A stretch of DNA of 64,000 nucleotides, from assembly GCA_048937405.1 (NCBI GenBank), contig JBHLNF010000013.1, positions 19,332-83,331 of the forward strand, in the 5' to 3' direction. Positions 10,774 to 20,367 of the stretch are shown here, piece after piece. This DNA is from Promethearchaeota archaeon. GTDB taxonomy: Archaea; Asgardarchaeota; Lokiarchaeia; Sigyniarchaeales; SOKP01. Made by a program: the position numbers and the translations under genes. The notes beneath the pieces were generated by a model. That model ran no database searches. It was not told where the DNA came from and saw nothing but the letters and a program-made list of their open reading frames with translations. Positions within the stretch are counted from its first letter, which is position 1; each line of letters opens with the position of its first letter.

Positions 10774-12024
10774 GTGAGTGAAAACTTAGATCCCTTTACT
10801 ATAGCAAAAACACAACTTTCTGATGCATGTAAAATAGTTGAATATGATAGTGATATTTATAACGCATTAAGCGAGCCAGAAAGATTCGTTCAAATTAAAA
10901 TTACTATGAAAATGGATGATGGTTCAATAAAAACTTTTAAGGGATTTCGTTCGCAATACAATTCAGCAAGAGGTCCAATGAAAGGTGGAATTAGATGGCA
11001 CCCTGAAGAAAGTGCCTCTCTTGTAAAAGCATTGTCAGCATGGATGACATGGAAAACAGCGTGTGTAGACATTCCATTAGGTGGCGCTAAAGGTGGAATT
11101 ATTTGTGATCCAAGGAAGATGAGTGCTAGGGAGATAGAGACGTTAGCTAGAAGCTATATCCGACAGATAGCTGATTTCATTGGTCCCCATATCGATATTC
11201 CTGCTCCAGATGTTTACACAAATCCACAAATCATGGCCTACATGATGGATGAATATGAAAAGATAATCCGAAGACATGCCCCTTCAGTTATAACAGGAAA
11301 ACCACTCCCTTTAGGTGGAAGTGCAGGACGATCTATTTCTACAGCACAAGGTGGTATTTATACGATTAGGGAAGCCGCAAACGATATTGGATTAAATTTA
11401 AACGGTGCAAAAGTAGTAGTTCAAGGTTATGGAAATGCAGGCTCGTGGGCAGCCAAAATATTACAAAATGACTTTAATTGTAAAATTGTCGCTGTTTCAG
11501 ACTCTCAAGGTGCAATTTTTAAGAATAATGGAATTGATGCACAAGCTGCAGCAGACCATAAGAGTCAGACTAGATCTGTTATTGGATTAAAAGGAACTAG
11601 TCAGATATCAAATGATGAATTATTAGAATTAGAATGTGATGTACTCATCCCAGCTGCTCTTGAAAACGTAATTACAAAAAAAAATGCAAATAATATTAAA
11701 TGTCAAATTGTGGCAGAACTTGCCAACGGTCCAACAACTCCAGATGCAGATAAAATACTTTATGAAAAAGGAATAGAAGTTATTCCTGATTTTTTATGTA
11801 ATGCTGGGGGAGTTACAGTCTCTTATTTTGAAATGGTCCAAGGATACTATAGTTATTTTTGGACAGAAAAAGAAGTATTTGAAGCATTAGATAGAGTTAT
11901 GACTAGAGCTTATCGTTCTACAGTTGAAGAAGCTAATAAATATGATACCCATAATCGAATGGGAGCCTATATAATCTCTTTAGAACGTGTTATTGAAGCA
12001 ATGAAACTAAGAGGTTGGCTTTAA
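10774..12024 (+). CDS. gdhA: Glutamate dehydrogenase (ELFV family)
   Basis: [47 protein letters not shown]. Confidence 0.95.
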   Translation: MSENLDPFTIAKTQLSDACKIVEYDSDIYNALSEPERFVQIKITMKMDDGSIKTFKGFRSQYNSARGPMKGGIRWHPEESASLVKALSAWMTWKTACVDIPLGGAKGGIICDPRKMSAREIETLARSYIRQIADFIGPHIDIPAPDVYTNPQIMAYMMDEYEKIIRRHAPSVITGKPLPLGGSAGRSISTAQGGIYTIREAANDIGLNLNGAKVVVQGYGNAGSWAAKILQNDFNCKIVAVSDSQGAIFKNNGIDAQAAADHKSQTRSVIGLKGTSQISNDELLELECDVLIPAALENVITKKNANNIKCQIVAELANGPTTPDADKILYEKGIEVIPDFLCNAGGVTVSYFEMVQGYYSYFWTEKEVFEALDRVMTRAYRSTVEEANKYDTHNRMGAYIISLERVIEAMKLRGWL

Positions 12025-12091
12025 TTTTAGGATATTAAAAGCTTTATCAATAAAGAATTTTCTAATTTCTTTTCTTATTTAATTAAAATTT

Positions 12092-13408
12092 TCACCCAAA
12101 AAAAGGAATTAGGATTAACAAAAAGAGAATTGATATTCCTAAATGAACTAGAGCAAAAATAGCGCCCATTTTTAATAACCGTTTATAATTTAGGTTTTCT
12201 ACTCCTGAATCCCGTGCAATTTTCAATGTCATCATATCACAAGCAGCTCCCTGAGGTATAAAATTACCTCCTAAATTAATTCCTATTATAAAGGCAAAAA
12301 GAAGAGGAACTGAAGCAAAACCAAAACCACCATCATTACCGATGGGTGTTATGAGCAAATTAACAATTGGTATAAATATTAAGGCTGTGGGTGTGTTAGC
12401 GACTACTCCTGAAATAAAGCTAACGATTACAAGTATAATAAGTGATACAAGAAAGAGATTAAGAGTTTGGAATGGAATTGCTTCAAAAATTTCTGCAAAT
12501 CCCGCTTCTAAAAGACACCCTATAACAACATAAAGACTTATAAAGAAAAATATTATTTCCCATTCAATATCTCTTAAAAGGTTACTCATAGGCTTTTTTG
12601 TATAACTTTTATTTACTAAAACCATAATTAAAGCTGATATCGCAGCAGTTAAGTATAACAAGGGAAGTATCGCAAAGAGGATAATTGTTATAATTATTGC
12701 AATACTATTAAAATAGAACATTTTTTTGTTTTTTACCATTATATCAGTATCTACTAAATCCATAACATACTTTCTCTGCATATCTTCGATTTTTGGTTCT
12801 TTCCTTAAAATATATCTATCTATTAAAAAAATTGTGAAAAATAACAGAAAAAAAGAAAATATCCAAAAATATTGAATGAAATATACTGTATCAAGATTGA
12901 AAGCTGTAGAGATTATTATATTTTCTCCACTTGAAAATGGTGTAATAATTGATCCAATATTTATACAGATAGTCATACCTAAGAGATAAGTTCCTGCTCT
13001 TATTTTTAAAAAGTGACATAATCTTACAACTATAGGAGCTAAAATCAATACAACAACAACATCACTTATTATTGATGCTAAAAGTGTGGTTATAATACAT
13101 AGGAGCCAGAAAAAGATTCTTTGTTCACCTTTAGATAATTTAAAAAGTTTAACAGCGACAAATTCTAATATATTCGAATCTTGTGCTATTTTTGTTATAA
13201 GACTCATACTTAATATAATAATAATAGCCTCCCATTCAATAGTGCCTATAAAAAAGTTAATATCTTTCCCTTTTACCAACCCTGTTATTGTAGCAGCGGT
13301 AAAACAACATATCAAAGAAATTGCGACAAAGTCTAGTTTAGAAATCGAATAGCTTAAAATGATTAAGATGAACAAAATGAAAATTATTATAAGTAATATG
13401 AGGTCCAT
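12092..13408 (-). CDS. ArsB/NhaD/SLC13 (IT superfamily) permease
   Basis: About 12 hydrophobic segments; NIGSIITPFSSGEN and NLGGNFIPQGAA motifs. Confidence 0.8.
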   Translation of the reverse strand: MDLILLIIIFILFILIILSYSISKLDFVAISLICCFTAATITGLVKGKDINFFIGTIEWEAIIIILSMSLITKIAQDSNILEFVAVKLFKLSKGEQRIFFWLLCIITTLLASIISDVVVVLILAPIVVRLCHFLKIRAGTYLLGMTICINIGSIITPFSSGENIIISTAFNLDTVYFIQYFWIFSFFLLFFTIFLIDRYILRKEPKIEDMQRKYVMDLVDTDIMVKNKKMFYFNSIAIIITIILFAILPLLYLTAAISALIMVLVNKSYTKKPMSNLLRDIEWEIIFFFISLYVVIGCLLEAGFAEIFEAIPFQTLNLFLVSLIILVIVSFISGVVANTPTALIFIPIVNLLITPIGNDGGFGFASVPLLFAFIIGINLGGNFIPQGAACDMMTLKIARDSGVENLNYKRLLKMGAIFALVHLGISILFLLILIPFFG

Positions 13409-13581
13409 TATTTTTTTAAGTTAATCATTAGAAGACGATTAATAAATTAAATAAATCTATTCTAATAAATCTATTTATTATAAGCAAGATTTAATTTTCA
13501 TATAAATAAGTTAAGGAAAATAAATATTTTAGCTAATTCTTATTTAAGATCATACGGATTAAAAAATTAGATGAAATTTTT

Positions 13582-14427
13582 TCATTTTATTAAAAAAAGT
13601 TGGAGTAAAAATGTAAATAGATTCAAATCATTTAATAAATTGAAGTTTGAAAGTAAATAGTCAAAAAAATTTTCTTCAATAAAATATTTTAAACTAGTAT
13701 AATATCCTACTTCATTTTTGATGATTTCTATAATTCTCCTAATTAAACCTAAAATTTGTTTTTCTACAATAAACATATCACAGCTCATAGGATCAATGTT
13801 AATAATGTTAAATCCTATGTCTCTTTCAAATGTAATTTTACTCAATTCAGGATTTTTTTTCACAATATCCAAATCTGAATAGTTTTTAAACATATCTTCT
13901 ATGTCATCATAAATAATTGCTTTTTTTTTCTGAGATACCTGTCCTCCTATCACATTCACCGCTAAGTTTAATATTTGTTGAAATATTCCTAAAATATCGA
14001 AAAATTCAGCGAAAGTGGTTATACGTTCTGCTTGCTTCCATTGTCTGTAATATTCATCAATAACATTTTCAAATGGTTTATAGAGTTCAACATTTCCAGC
14101 CCATTTTGATCCCCAACGATTTCCCTTATTAGCATATTGCTGAATAAATGTATGACGAATAACATCTAATCGAGCCCGCAATATTTCAGTAGTTACCTCT
14201 TTTGAATCTGCTCCTATAAATAGTAGATTTGTGTCCTTATCACTTATATAAACCCAGCGTAAACCTCCCATTTCAATGGATTCAATTCCTTGTTTGAACT
14301 CTACCATTGTAAATTGATTTAGAGCTGTTAAAAGCCCTGATACTAGATCTTCATTAACAGGAAAATCCATATATGGCTTGTAGACGAGAGTAATTCCTGA
14401 GTCACTCTCCATAACCCAAATATTCAT
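13582..14427 (-). CDS. Asgard longin-like domain protein, paralogue of 59741..60586
   Basis: IWVMESDSGITL..DLVSGLLTALNQF..SIEMGGLRWVY pattern; same length (281 aa) and motifs as the 59741 ORF. Confidence 0.7.
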   Translation of the reverse strand: MNIWVMESDSGITLVYKPYMDFPVNEDLVSGLLTALNQFTMVEFKQGIESIEMGGLRWVYISDKDTNLLFIGADSKEVTTEILRARLDVIRHTFIQQYANKGNRWGSKWAGNVELYKPFENVIDEYYRQWKQAERITTFAEFFDILGIFQQILNLAVNVIGGQVSQKKKAIIYDDIEDMFKNYSDLDIVKKNPELSKITFERDIGFNIINIDPMSCDMFIVEKQILGLIRRIIEIIKNEVGYYTSLKYFIEENFFDYLLSNFNLLNDLNLFTFLLQLFLIK

Positions 14428-14507
14428 CGTAATATCCTAGTTTTTCAAAAATCTCCAATAAATAATATACTATTCTGCTAATTAAAACATATCGTATCCA
14501 AATATTA

Positions 14508-14996
14508 TCATAAATCATTTAAAGAATTAGATTTTAACCATCTTTGTAAATTTCGTAACATATCTGTGATTTTAGTTCTCAAAGCGAGTTCAGCTGCACT
14601 TCTTCCGATTAAGCCAAGAAAATCATTACTCAGCTTAAAGTTGTTTATAAAAACGCCAATTTTAGATTTATCATCTGATATTTCCTTTATTCGTATACGA
14701 CCTTCTAATTCTCTAACGTCCTTATTATTCCGAACGTTCAAATCAATTAATCGACCTTTTCCTCCTTCTTGTTCACCCTTATCTTGCAATACTAATTCTC
14801 CTTCCATTTCTATTTTAATATTAATGATTTCATCCACAACTTTGGTGAATAACACATTTGGGGCTAAGAATTCGGCTTGCATCTCTTTAGCTGGATTAAC
14901 CCTTAACCAAAATTCTGGTTTATAAATGGCATTTATAAAAGCCTCTTTATTGCAGTTTTCTATCTCTACAACTTTAGAAATTATATTATTTGACAC
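14508..14996 (-). CDS. Hypothetical protein, possible START/SRPBCC-like fold
   Basis: 162 aa; helix-strands-C-terminal helix pattern; fold call is weak. Confidence 0.5.
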   Translation of the reverse strand: MSNNIISKVVEIENCNKEAFINAIYKPEFWLRVNPAKEMQAEFLAPNVLFTKVVDEIINIKIEMEGELVLQDKGEQEGGKGRLIDLNVRNNKDVRELEGRIRIKEISDDKSKIGVFINNFKLSNDFLGLIGRSAAELALRTKITDMLRNLQRWLKSNSLNDL

Positions 14997-15085
14997 AAAT
15001 ATTCCAATTTTACTTTCTTTTTAAGTAAGTATAATGATGATAACTTTTTAGCTTTTTGAATTTTTAATGCTTATCCGAAGAATAA

Positions 15086-15148
15086 AGCCTCAGTCTTCCA
15101 AGATTTAATCATTTAGGAATCATTATGAGTTAATTTTCATCATCGGCT
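15086..15148 (-). ncRNA. Box C/D methylation-guide sRNA
   Basis: Minus strand reads AGCC-G-ATGATGA(C)-AAATTAACTCATA-ATGA(D')-TTCCTAA-ATGATTA(C')-AATCTTGGAAGA-CTGA(D)-GGCT: 12-13 nt guides and a 4-bp terminal stem, intergenic. Confidence 0.85.
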
Positions 15149-15197
15149 ATTATTTTGGAACAAAAATTATAATTAAAAAAAATGAAAGATACAAGGA

Positions 15198-15401
15198 TTA
15201 GGTAATTCGGAACAATTTACTACTTTCAATATCATTTTCTTCATTACAATGAGGACAAATCCACACTTTTTCATTCTTTTTTACAGAGTCAATGCATTCA
15301 TGACATATAGCAATATCACAAATACAGTAATGGGTAGATTCCATTGATGATTGACAACTCTTACCACAGCTGTAACAAATAGGAGGGGTTCGTTCTGACA
15401 T
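15198..15401 (-). CDS. Stand-alone C4C4 RING finger protein (Not4-type spacing)
   Basis: C-x2-C-x13-C-x-C-x4-C-x2-C-x12-C-x2-C; likely start is ATG at 15401. Confidence 0.75.
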   Translation of the reverse strand: MSERTPPICYSCGKSCQSSMESTHYCICDIAICHECIDSVKKNEKVWICPHCNEENDIESSKLFRIT

Positions 15402-15498
15402 TTTAAAAATAATATCCAATTATATATTATTCTTTATTATACTTTTAATTTTAAGTATTATATTATTTTAATTATTACATATAAGTTTTCACTTAATC

Positions 15499-15690
15499 AT
15501 GGAAAAAATAAGTTCGACAATTCGATTATTAGCTTTATTTAGCATCTTTTTTATTTATAAAGCGATCATGGCAGTAGTTGAAGATAATTCAAATGAACTT
15601 ATTTTATGGTCATTAATTACAATTATTTATATAATTTCAATAGTAATTATGTATTTCGTATTTAGGCAGCGGGAGAAGGATAAAACTTAG
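15499..15690 (+). CDS. Small two-TM membrane protein
   Basis: 63 aa, two hydrophobic helices, basic tail. Confidence 0.65.
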   Translation: MEKISSTIRLLALFSIFFIYKAIMAVVEDNSNELILWSLITIIYIISIVIMYFVFRQREKDKT

Positions 15691-15692
15691 GT

Positions 15693-15995
15693 TTATTTTC
15701 TTTTCTTTAAAAAATCTGGTATCATTCCATTAATTCCAAGATTTTTTAAAATAGTATCTTTTATATTCATCTGAATTGTTAAGTCAGACATTTTGGTTAT
15801 AGCATTCTCTATAGCTTTAGAAAATGTTTCACTTGCCTCTTTAATTGTTTGAGAAGTTATCTTTAAAGATTCTCTTATAGCTAAGTTTGTCTCTTGTAAT
15901 TCTGCTGTCAAGTTTTCCATACTTTTTTGCATTTCAGAAATTTCCTTTTTTAATTCTTTGAATCCTGCCATTTTTTCAATAACTCTCTTTCTCAT
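15693..15995 (-). CDS. Small coiled-coil hypothetical protein
   Basis: Heptad-like helical composition; true start may be the second Met (MAGFKE). Confidence 0.65.
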   Translation of the reverse strand: MRKRVIEKMAGFKELKKEISEMQKSMENLTAELQETNLAIRESLKITSQTIKEASETFSKAIENAITKMSDLTIQMNIKDTILKNLGINGMIPDFLKKRK

Positions 15996-16092
15996 TCCGA
16001 ATAAATATCTAATATTTATTAAAATTAGTAAATACTAATTAAAACTAAGCTTTTTTTAAAAATCATATAAAAAAAAGAGAGATAAAATTAAA

Positions 16093-16782
16093 TTATAAAA
16101 TGTTAATTCCAAAAATACTTACACCCCATATCCATAACGCGAATCCTTGAATAAAGCAGAAGATCATTATTACAAAAGCAATTGGAGGCCAAGATAAGAA
16201 TTTGGAAACTTTCTGTAATGTTCCTATAGAAAATTTAGCCATGAGACCTACTATAACGGTCACAATAATAAAGATTATTACAAGTATCCATTTTGGGTTT
16301 ATTACACCAGCAATCACTTGAACAGCTCCATCAGGAACAAGTAAAGCTATGATAAACACTGTTGCAGTACCGGCTATAAGCCCTAATATGCTTGAAAGTG
16401 GTAAATCTGAGATTGGTTTAAAAAAAATAGCTATTCCAATAACTATTAAGAATATACTTGTGAAATGATTTGCAGCATTCTCAGTCACATCTCTATATTG
16501 AAAACTAGGAGGTATATTTAAGATGAGACTTACCGCTCCAGACCATATAACAAAGATTCCAAGAATCAATCCTATATATGATAATCCTCTTAGAAATTTT
16601 GTAATATCAAATTTTTCTTCTTCGGTTTTTCTTTTTAAAAACGATCCTCTACGTTTTCTTTCATACCCCAACCATGTAATCGCCATTAAACCACTTAAAA
16701 TCATCATTATTGCCCCTGATTCAGCAACCCAATTAAAAAATCCTTTAATTACATCCCAATAGTCGAAAAGCAATTTAATCAA
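16093..16782 (-). CDS. Multi-pass membrane protein, unknown function
   Basis: About 6 hydrophobic segments. Confidence 0.75.
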   Translation of the reverse strand: MIKLLFDYWDVIKGFFNWVAESGAIMMILSGLMAITWLGYERKRRGSFLKRKTEEEKFDITKFLRGLSYIGLILGIFVIWSGAVSLILNIPPSFQYRDVTENAANHFTSIFLIVIGIAIFFKPISDLPLSSILGLIAGTATVFIIALLVPDGAVQVIAGVINPKWILVIIFIIVTVIVGLMAKFSIGTLQKVSKFLSWPPIAFVIMIFCFIQGFALWIWGVSIFGINIL

Positions 16783-16924
16783 CTCTAATGAAAATTTTAA
16801 ATTAAATAACAGTTAGGTTAGGCTTTTAAAAATCTATTGAAAACTAAGTTTAAAATTATAATAATAATCTATTTATTACCTTACTTGTTTTTTTATCTAA
16901 AAAACACTATAAAGTATCTAAACT

Positions 16925-17098
16925 ATGTCTGAATGGAAAAATAAATTAGAAAATGATACTAATGATTCCTGTAATAGTGAAATATCTTGTACTGGTTGAG
17001 CCATTATTGATGGTGTCATAAACGGGATAAGAAGTCTTAAAAAACGATATAAAAAAAGAAAGCAATTAAAAATTAAATCAAAAGCTCTCAAGGAATAG
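16925..17098 (+). CDS. Candidate 57-aa selenoprotein (in-frame UGA, CxxU)
   Basis: MSEWKNKLENDTNDSCNSEISCTG-TGA(16997)-AIIDGVINGIRSLKKRYKKRKQLKIKSKALKE-TAG; flanks conserved with the next unit. Confidence 0.55.
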
Positions 17099-17103
17099 AT
17101 TGT

Positions 17104-17148
17104 TAAATTTTAGAATCTAAACCGATAAATTCCGCAAAAATTTCGAGA
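17104..17148. promoter_or_regulatory. Conserved two-hairpin 3' element, copy 1
   Basis: TAAATT-TTAG-AATCTA ... AAATTC-CGCAA-AAATTT-C-GAGA; homologous to 17471-17513 at the same distance from the stop codon. Confidence 0.6.
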
Positions 17149-17309
17149 ACTTAACATTATGACTTATTATTTTTTATTGACAATAAATAAAAGTCTTAAA
17201 AGTTTTATAGAAAATTAGATTATATAATTGAATTTTAATTATTTATAATCACTACTCTTTTATTTATAATTTAACAGATAAAAATCAGATACTATAAGGA
17301 TATAAAATC

Positions 17310-17465
17310 ATGAAAGATGAAATTGACTATTTAGATCTTGGATTTGATGATGAGTGTTACAGTACAAGTTGAGATATGATGAGAATGTGGTATAAAAGAA
17401 TACAAAAACTACAAAAGATACATAATGAAAAAATAGAAAATGATAAAGAAATCTCAAAGAATTAA
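17310..17465 (+). CDS. Candidate 51-aa selenoprotein (in-frame UGA, CxxxxU)
   Basis: MKDEIDYLDLGFDDECYSTS-TGA(17370)-DMMRMWYKRIQKLQKIHNEKIENDKEISKN-TAA; AAGGA upstream. Confidence 0.5.
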
Positions 17466-17470
17466 ATCAA

Positions 17471-17513
17471 TAAATCTTAGGATTTAATTTTGAGTTCTGC
17501 AAGAACTCAGAGA
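17471..17513. promoter_or_regulatory. Conserved two-hairpin 3' element, copy 2
   Basis: TAAATC-TTAG-GATTTA ... GAGTTC-TGCAA-GAACTC-A-GAGA; compensatory changes relative to copy 1. Confidence 0.6.
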
Positions 17514-17532
17514 TAAGAATAATTTTATATTT

Positions 17533-18909
17533 TTAACTTTTTTTTGGTTCTCCAGGACCTTCTCCTACTTTTCGATAAATAAATCCTTTTTCTTGCAGTA
17601 ATTTTTTGTTAAAGATATTTCTACCATCGATGATAATAGGTGTCCTTACTCTTTTTTTTAAATCATCCAAATCAATATTGTAATATTCACTATGATTTGT
17701 TGCAAAGATAAGTACATCAGCATTAGAAACAGCTTTATTAAAATCATTTGTAAGTTCTGTAAGTCTGTAATCTCTCTCATTTACATATGGATCATGCGCA
17801 ATATAGATGATATTATGAGAATGATATCGTCCTTGTAGTACTTTTACAATATTTTCGGTGGGGGTATTACGTGTATCATCAGTGTCTGCTTTATAAGAAA
17901 CACCTAAAAGAACAATTTTAATATTATCTACTAATTTATGAACCTCTCTGAATACATCCTCCATTAATTCAACCATATGATATGGCATATAGTCATTTAA
18001 ATTTCTCGAGTTTGGAATAAGCTTTATTTTCTCTTTGTTTTTCTTTTCTGTATATTTATCATAACCGTATAATAATAACCAGGGATCCTTCGTTAGACAA
18101 TGTCCTCCTACACCACTACCAGGATAATGCATCATCCTATCATGTCTGTGATTTATAAATTCAACAATATCATATATATTTCTATCGAAATCTTCACATA
18201 GTAAAGCCATTTCGTTTGCAAATGCTATATTAACATCTCGATATGAATTTTCAATACATTTAGTTAGTTCTGCAGTAAGGGTATCTGTTACTTGAAGCTC
18301 TTTCTTAACAACCTTTCCGTATAAGAATTTTGCTCTTTCATTGGCTTCCTTACAACCACCTCCAATGACTCTAGGAAAATCGGTGATATATTCCAATAAT
18401 TTTCCTGGCATAACCCGTTCAAAAGAAAATACAAGATAAAAATCTTGCCCTCTTTTGAGTCCACTACCCTCTTCTAAGATTGTTTGTACTATATTATTTG
18501 TAGTACCTGGAGCTACTGTGGATTCAATAATGATTGTAACTCCTTTTTTTAAGTTTTTTGAGATTTTACGAGAAACTTCAATTAATGATTCATACCTAGG
18601 GATTTTATTTTCATCAACAGGGGTTTGAACATCTATTAAAATATAATCAGCTTTATTAACAAGTTTGTAATTATCAGTTACTTTAAATTTCCCATTTTTA
18701 ATAACTCTAGAAATTAATTCATCTAAACCAGGTTCATCTCCTTCAAAAGGATTCTTACCTTGGTTGAGCCAATCGATTTTCCATCCTGATCTTTGTGATC
18801 TTCGCTGAATTCCAGTTACATAAAATTCATCAACATCAGCAAGTAATGCTGCCATAGGAATACCAACATATCCCATCCCTATGACAACGATATTAGTGGT
18901 CATTATCAA
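17533..18909 (-). CDS. Nucleotide-sugar dehydrogenase (UDP-ManNAc/GlcNAc dehydrogenase, WecC/WbpA family)
   Basis: GMGYVG, ESTVAPGTT, ENSYRDVNIAFANE, PGSGVGGHCL, DDTRNTP. Confidence 0.92.
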   Translation of the reverse strand: MIMTTNIVVIGMGYVGIPMAALLADVDEFYVTGIQRRSQRSGWKIDWLNQGKNPFEGDEPGLDELISRVIKNGKFKVTDNYKLVNKADYILIDVQTPVDENKIPRYESLIEVSRKISKNLKKGVTIIIESTVAPGTTNNIVQTILEEGSGLKRGQDFYLVFSFERVMPGKLLEYITDFPRVIGGGCKEANERAKFLYGKVVKKELQVTDTLTAELTKCIENSYRDVNIAFANEMALLCEDFDRNIYDIVEFINHRHDRMMHYPGSGVGGHCLTKDPWLLLYGYDKYTEKKNKEKIKLIPNSRNLNDYMPYHMVELMEDVFREVHKLVDNIKIVLLGVSYKADTDDTRNTPTENIVKVLQGRYHSHNIIYIAHDPYVNERDYRLTELTNDFNKAVSNADVLIFATNHSEYYNIDLDDLKKRVRTPIIIDGRNIFNKKLLQEKGFIYRKVGEGPGEPKKS

Positions 18910-19004
18910 TCTTAAATCTATTTTAGAAATAAAATTTTATTAAAATTGAAAATTACTCATCATTCAAAAAAGTTTATGAAAAAAAAGAAATAGTATGAAT
19001 GAAG

Positions 19005-19694
19005 TTATTCTTTTGGTTTCTTTTTATATGATGAGCCTTTTACTGCTTTAAATATACTAGCTATTACAGCTCCAGCTATGAATCCACCAACATGAGCAAA
19101 ATGAGCTGTTTGTCCAATACTAAAGGGATCCATAATCGAAACTATAGCATAAGTTAACTCTGCGATAAAGTAAGTTATTATAAAATAACCAGCACCCACT
19201 CTTCGCATTCCTACTGTTCCTGGAAGATAAAATTTATTGCCGGGATAAAGTATTGCATACACAGCCAGTAATCCAAAAATAGCTCCAGAAGCACCCAAGG
19301 AGGGAATATCTGCCATTGAGATGGAACCCCATTCCGGAATAATTAATGTACTCAATGCATGAAGGAAACTCCCAAATAATCCAGAAAGAAAATAAGTAAA
19401 GAGATATAACCAATGACCCATTGCATGCTCGCAATTATCAGTAATTACAAAAAAAAACCACATATTCATAAGTATGTGTATAATATCTCCATGCATAAAC
19501 ATTGAAGTAAATAAAGTCCATAATTTTTGACCTGCAAAGAATTCAGAAGGAACAAATGCAGCATCCTCAATATGCATATTACCTGTTGGATCTAACATCT
19601 GCCAGATAAATACAATAATATTTGCTATTAATATGATTACAGAAAAATATTGCTTAAAAAAGGGGATTCGATCACTTTCTGCTTCATAAACCAA
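19005..19694 (-). CDS. Rhomboid intramembrane serine protease
   Basis: FTSMFMHG..HI..NMW, GASG catalytic Ser, AHFAHVGGF catalytic His. Confidence 0.92.
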   Translation of the reverse strand: MVYEAESDRIPFFKQYFSVIILIANIIVFIWQMLDPTGNMHIEDAAFVPSEFFAGQKLWTLFTSMFMHGDIIHILMNMWFFFVITDNCEHAMGHWLYLFTYFLSGLFGSFLHALSTLIIPEWGSISMADIPSLGASGAIFGLLAVYAILYPGNKFYLPGTVGMRRVGAGYFIITYFIAELTYAIVSIMDPFSIGQTAHFAHVGGFIAGAVIASIFKAVKGSSYKKKPKE

Positions 19695-19846
19695 TTTTAA
19701 TCACGTTTTTTTTTTAAAAAGTATAATATTTCAATTTCATTTATGATAGTATTTAATATTTTTTTGGATAATTAATAAATCTAGATTGTAATTATAAAAT
19801 TACATTGATAAAAAGATAATAAAATTAGTGAAATATTAGCGATTTT

Positions 19847-20227
19847 TTAATTCTTACTATCTAATATTTCTCTTATTCTTTCGAGGAGTTCTTTCCCAGA
19901 GAAAGGTTTAGTGATATAAGCATCAGCACCTAACTTTTTCCCTTTTTGAACATCCTCATTAAAACTTTTTACAGTAAATAATACAACAAGAATATTTTTA
20001 AATTTCTCATTGTTTTTAACTTCCTCTAGAACACTATAACCTGAACGTCCAGGCATCATTATGTCTAATAGGATTAAATCAATATTATCATAGTTTTCTT
20101 CAACGATCTTCATAGCCTCTTTTGCATTATTACTTGTAAGTATATCAAAACCCCCTAATTTTAAGAATTTCTCAGTTAGATGAACAATATCTGGTTCGTC
20201 ATCTACTACTAATATTTTGTGTGACAT
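19847..20227 (-). CDS. Stand-alone response regulator receiver protein
   Basis: ILVVDDE, LLDIMMP, GADAYITKPF. Confidence 0.95.
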   Translation of the reverse strand: MSHKILVVDDEPDIVHLTEKFLKLGGFDILTSNNAKEAMKIVEENYDNIDLILLDIMMPGRSGYSVLEEVKNNEKFKNILVVLFTVKSFNEDVQKGKKLGADAYITKPFSGKELLERIREILDSKN

Positions 20228-20367
20228 CTTTGTACAAATCCTTACAATAATTTTATGTCTTTATATTGAATATATAAAAACCTCTATATATAATTGAATT
20301 TAGTCATTTATATAAATCAGCTTATTTTTCACATTTGTGATCACGAATCGAAAAACAACTAATAGAA

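Noticed and set aside
17159-17196. ATGA-initiated AT-rich hairpin as a eukaryote-like SECIS for the first UGA ORF
   Set aside because: There is no GA on the 3' side to form the kink-turn core, and no counterpart after the second ORF.
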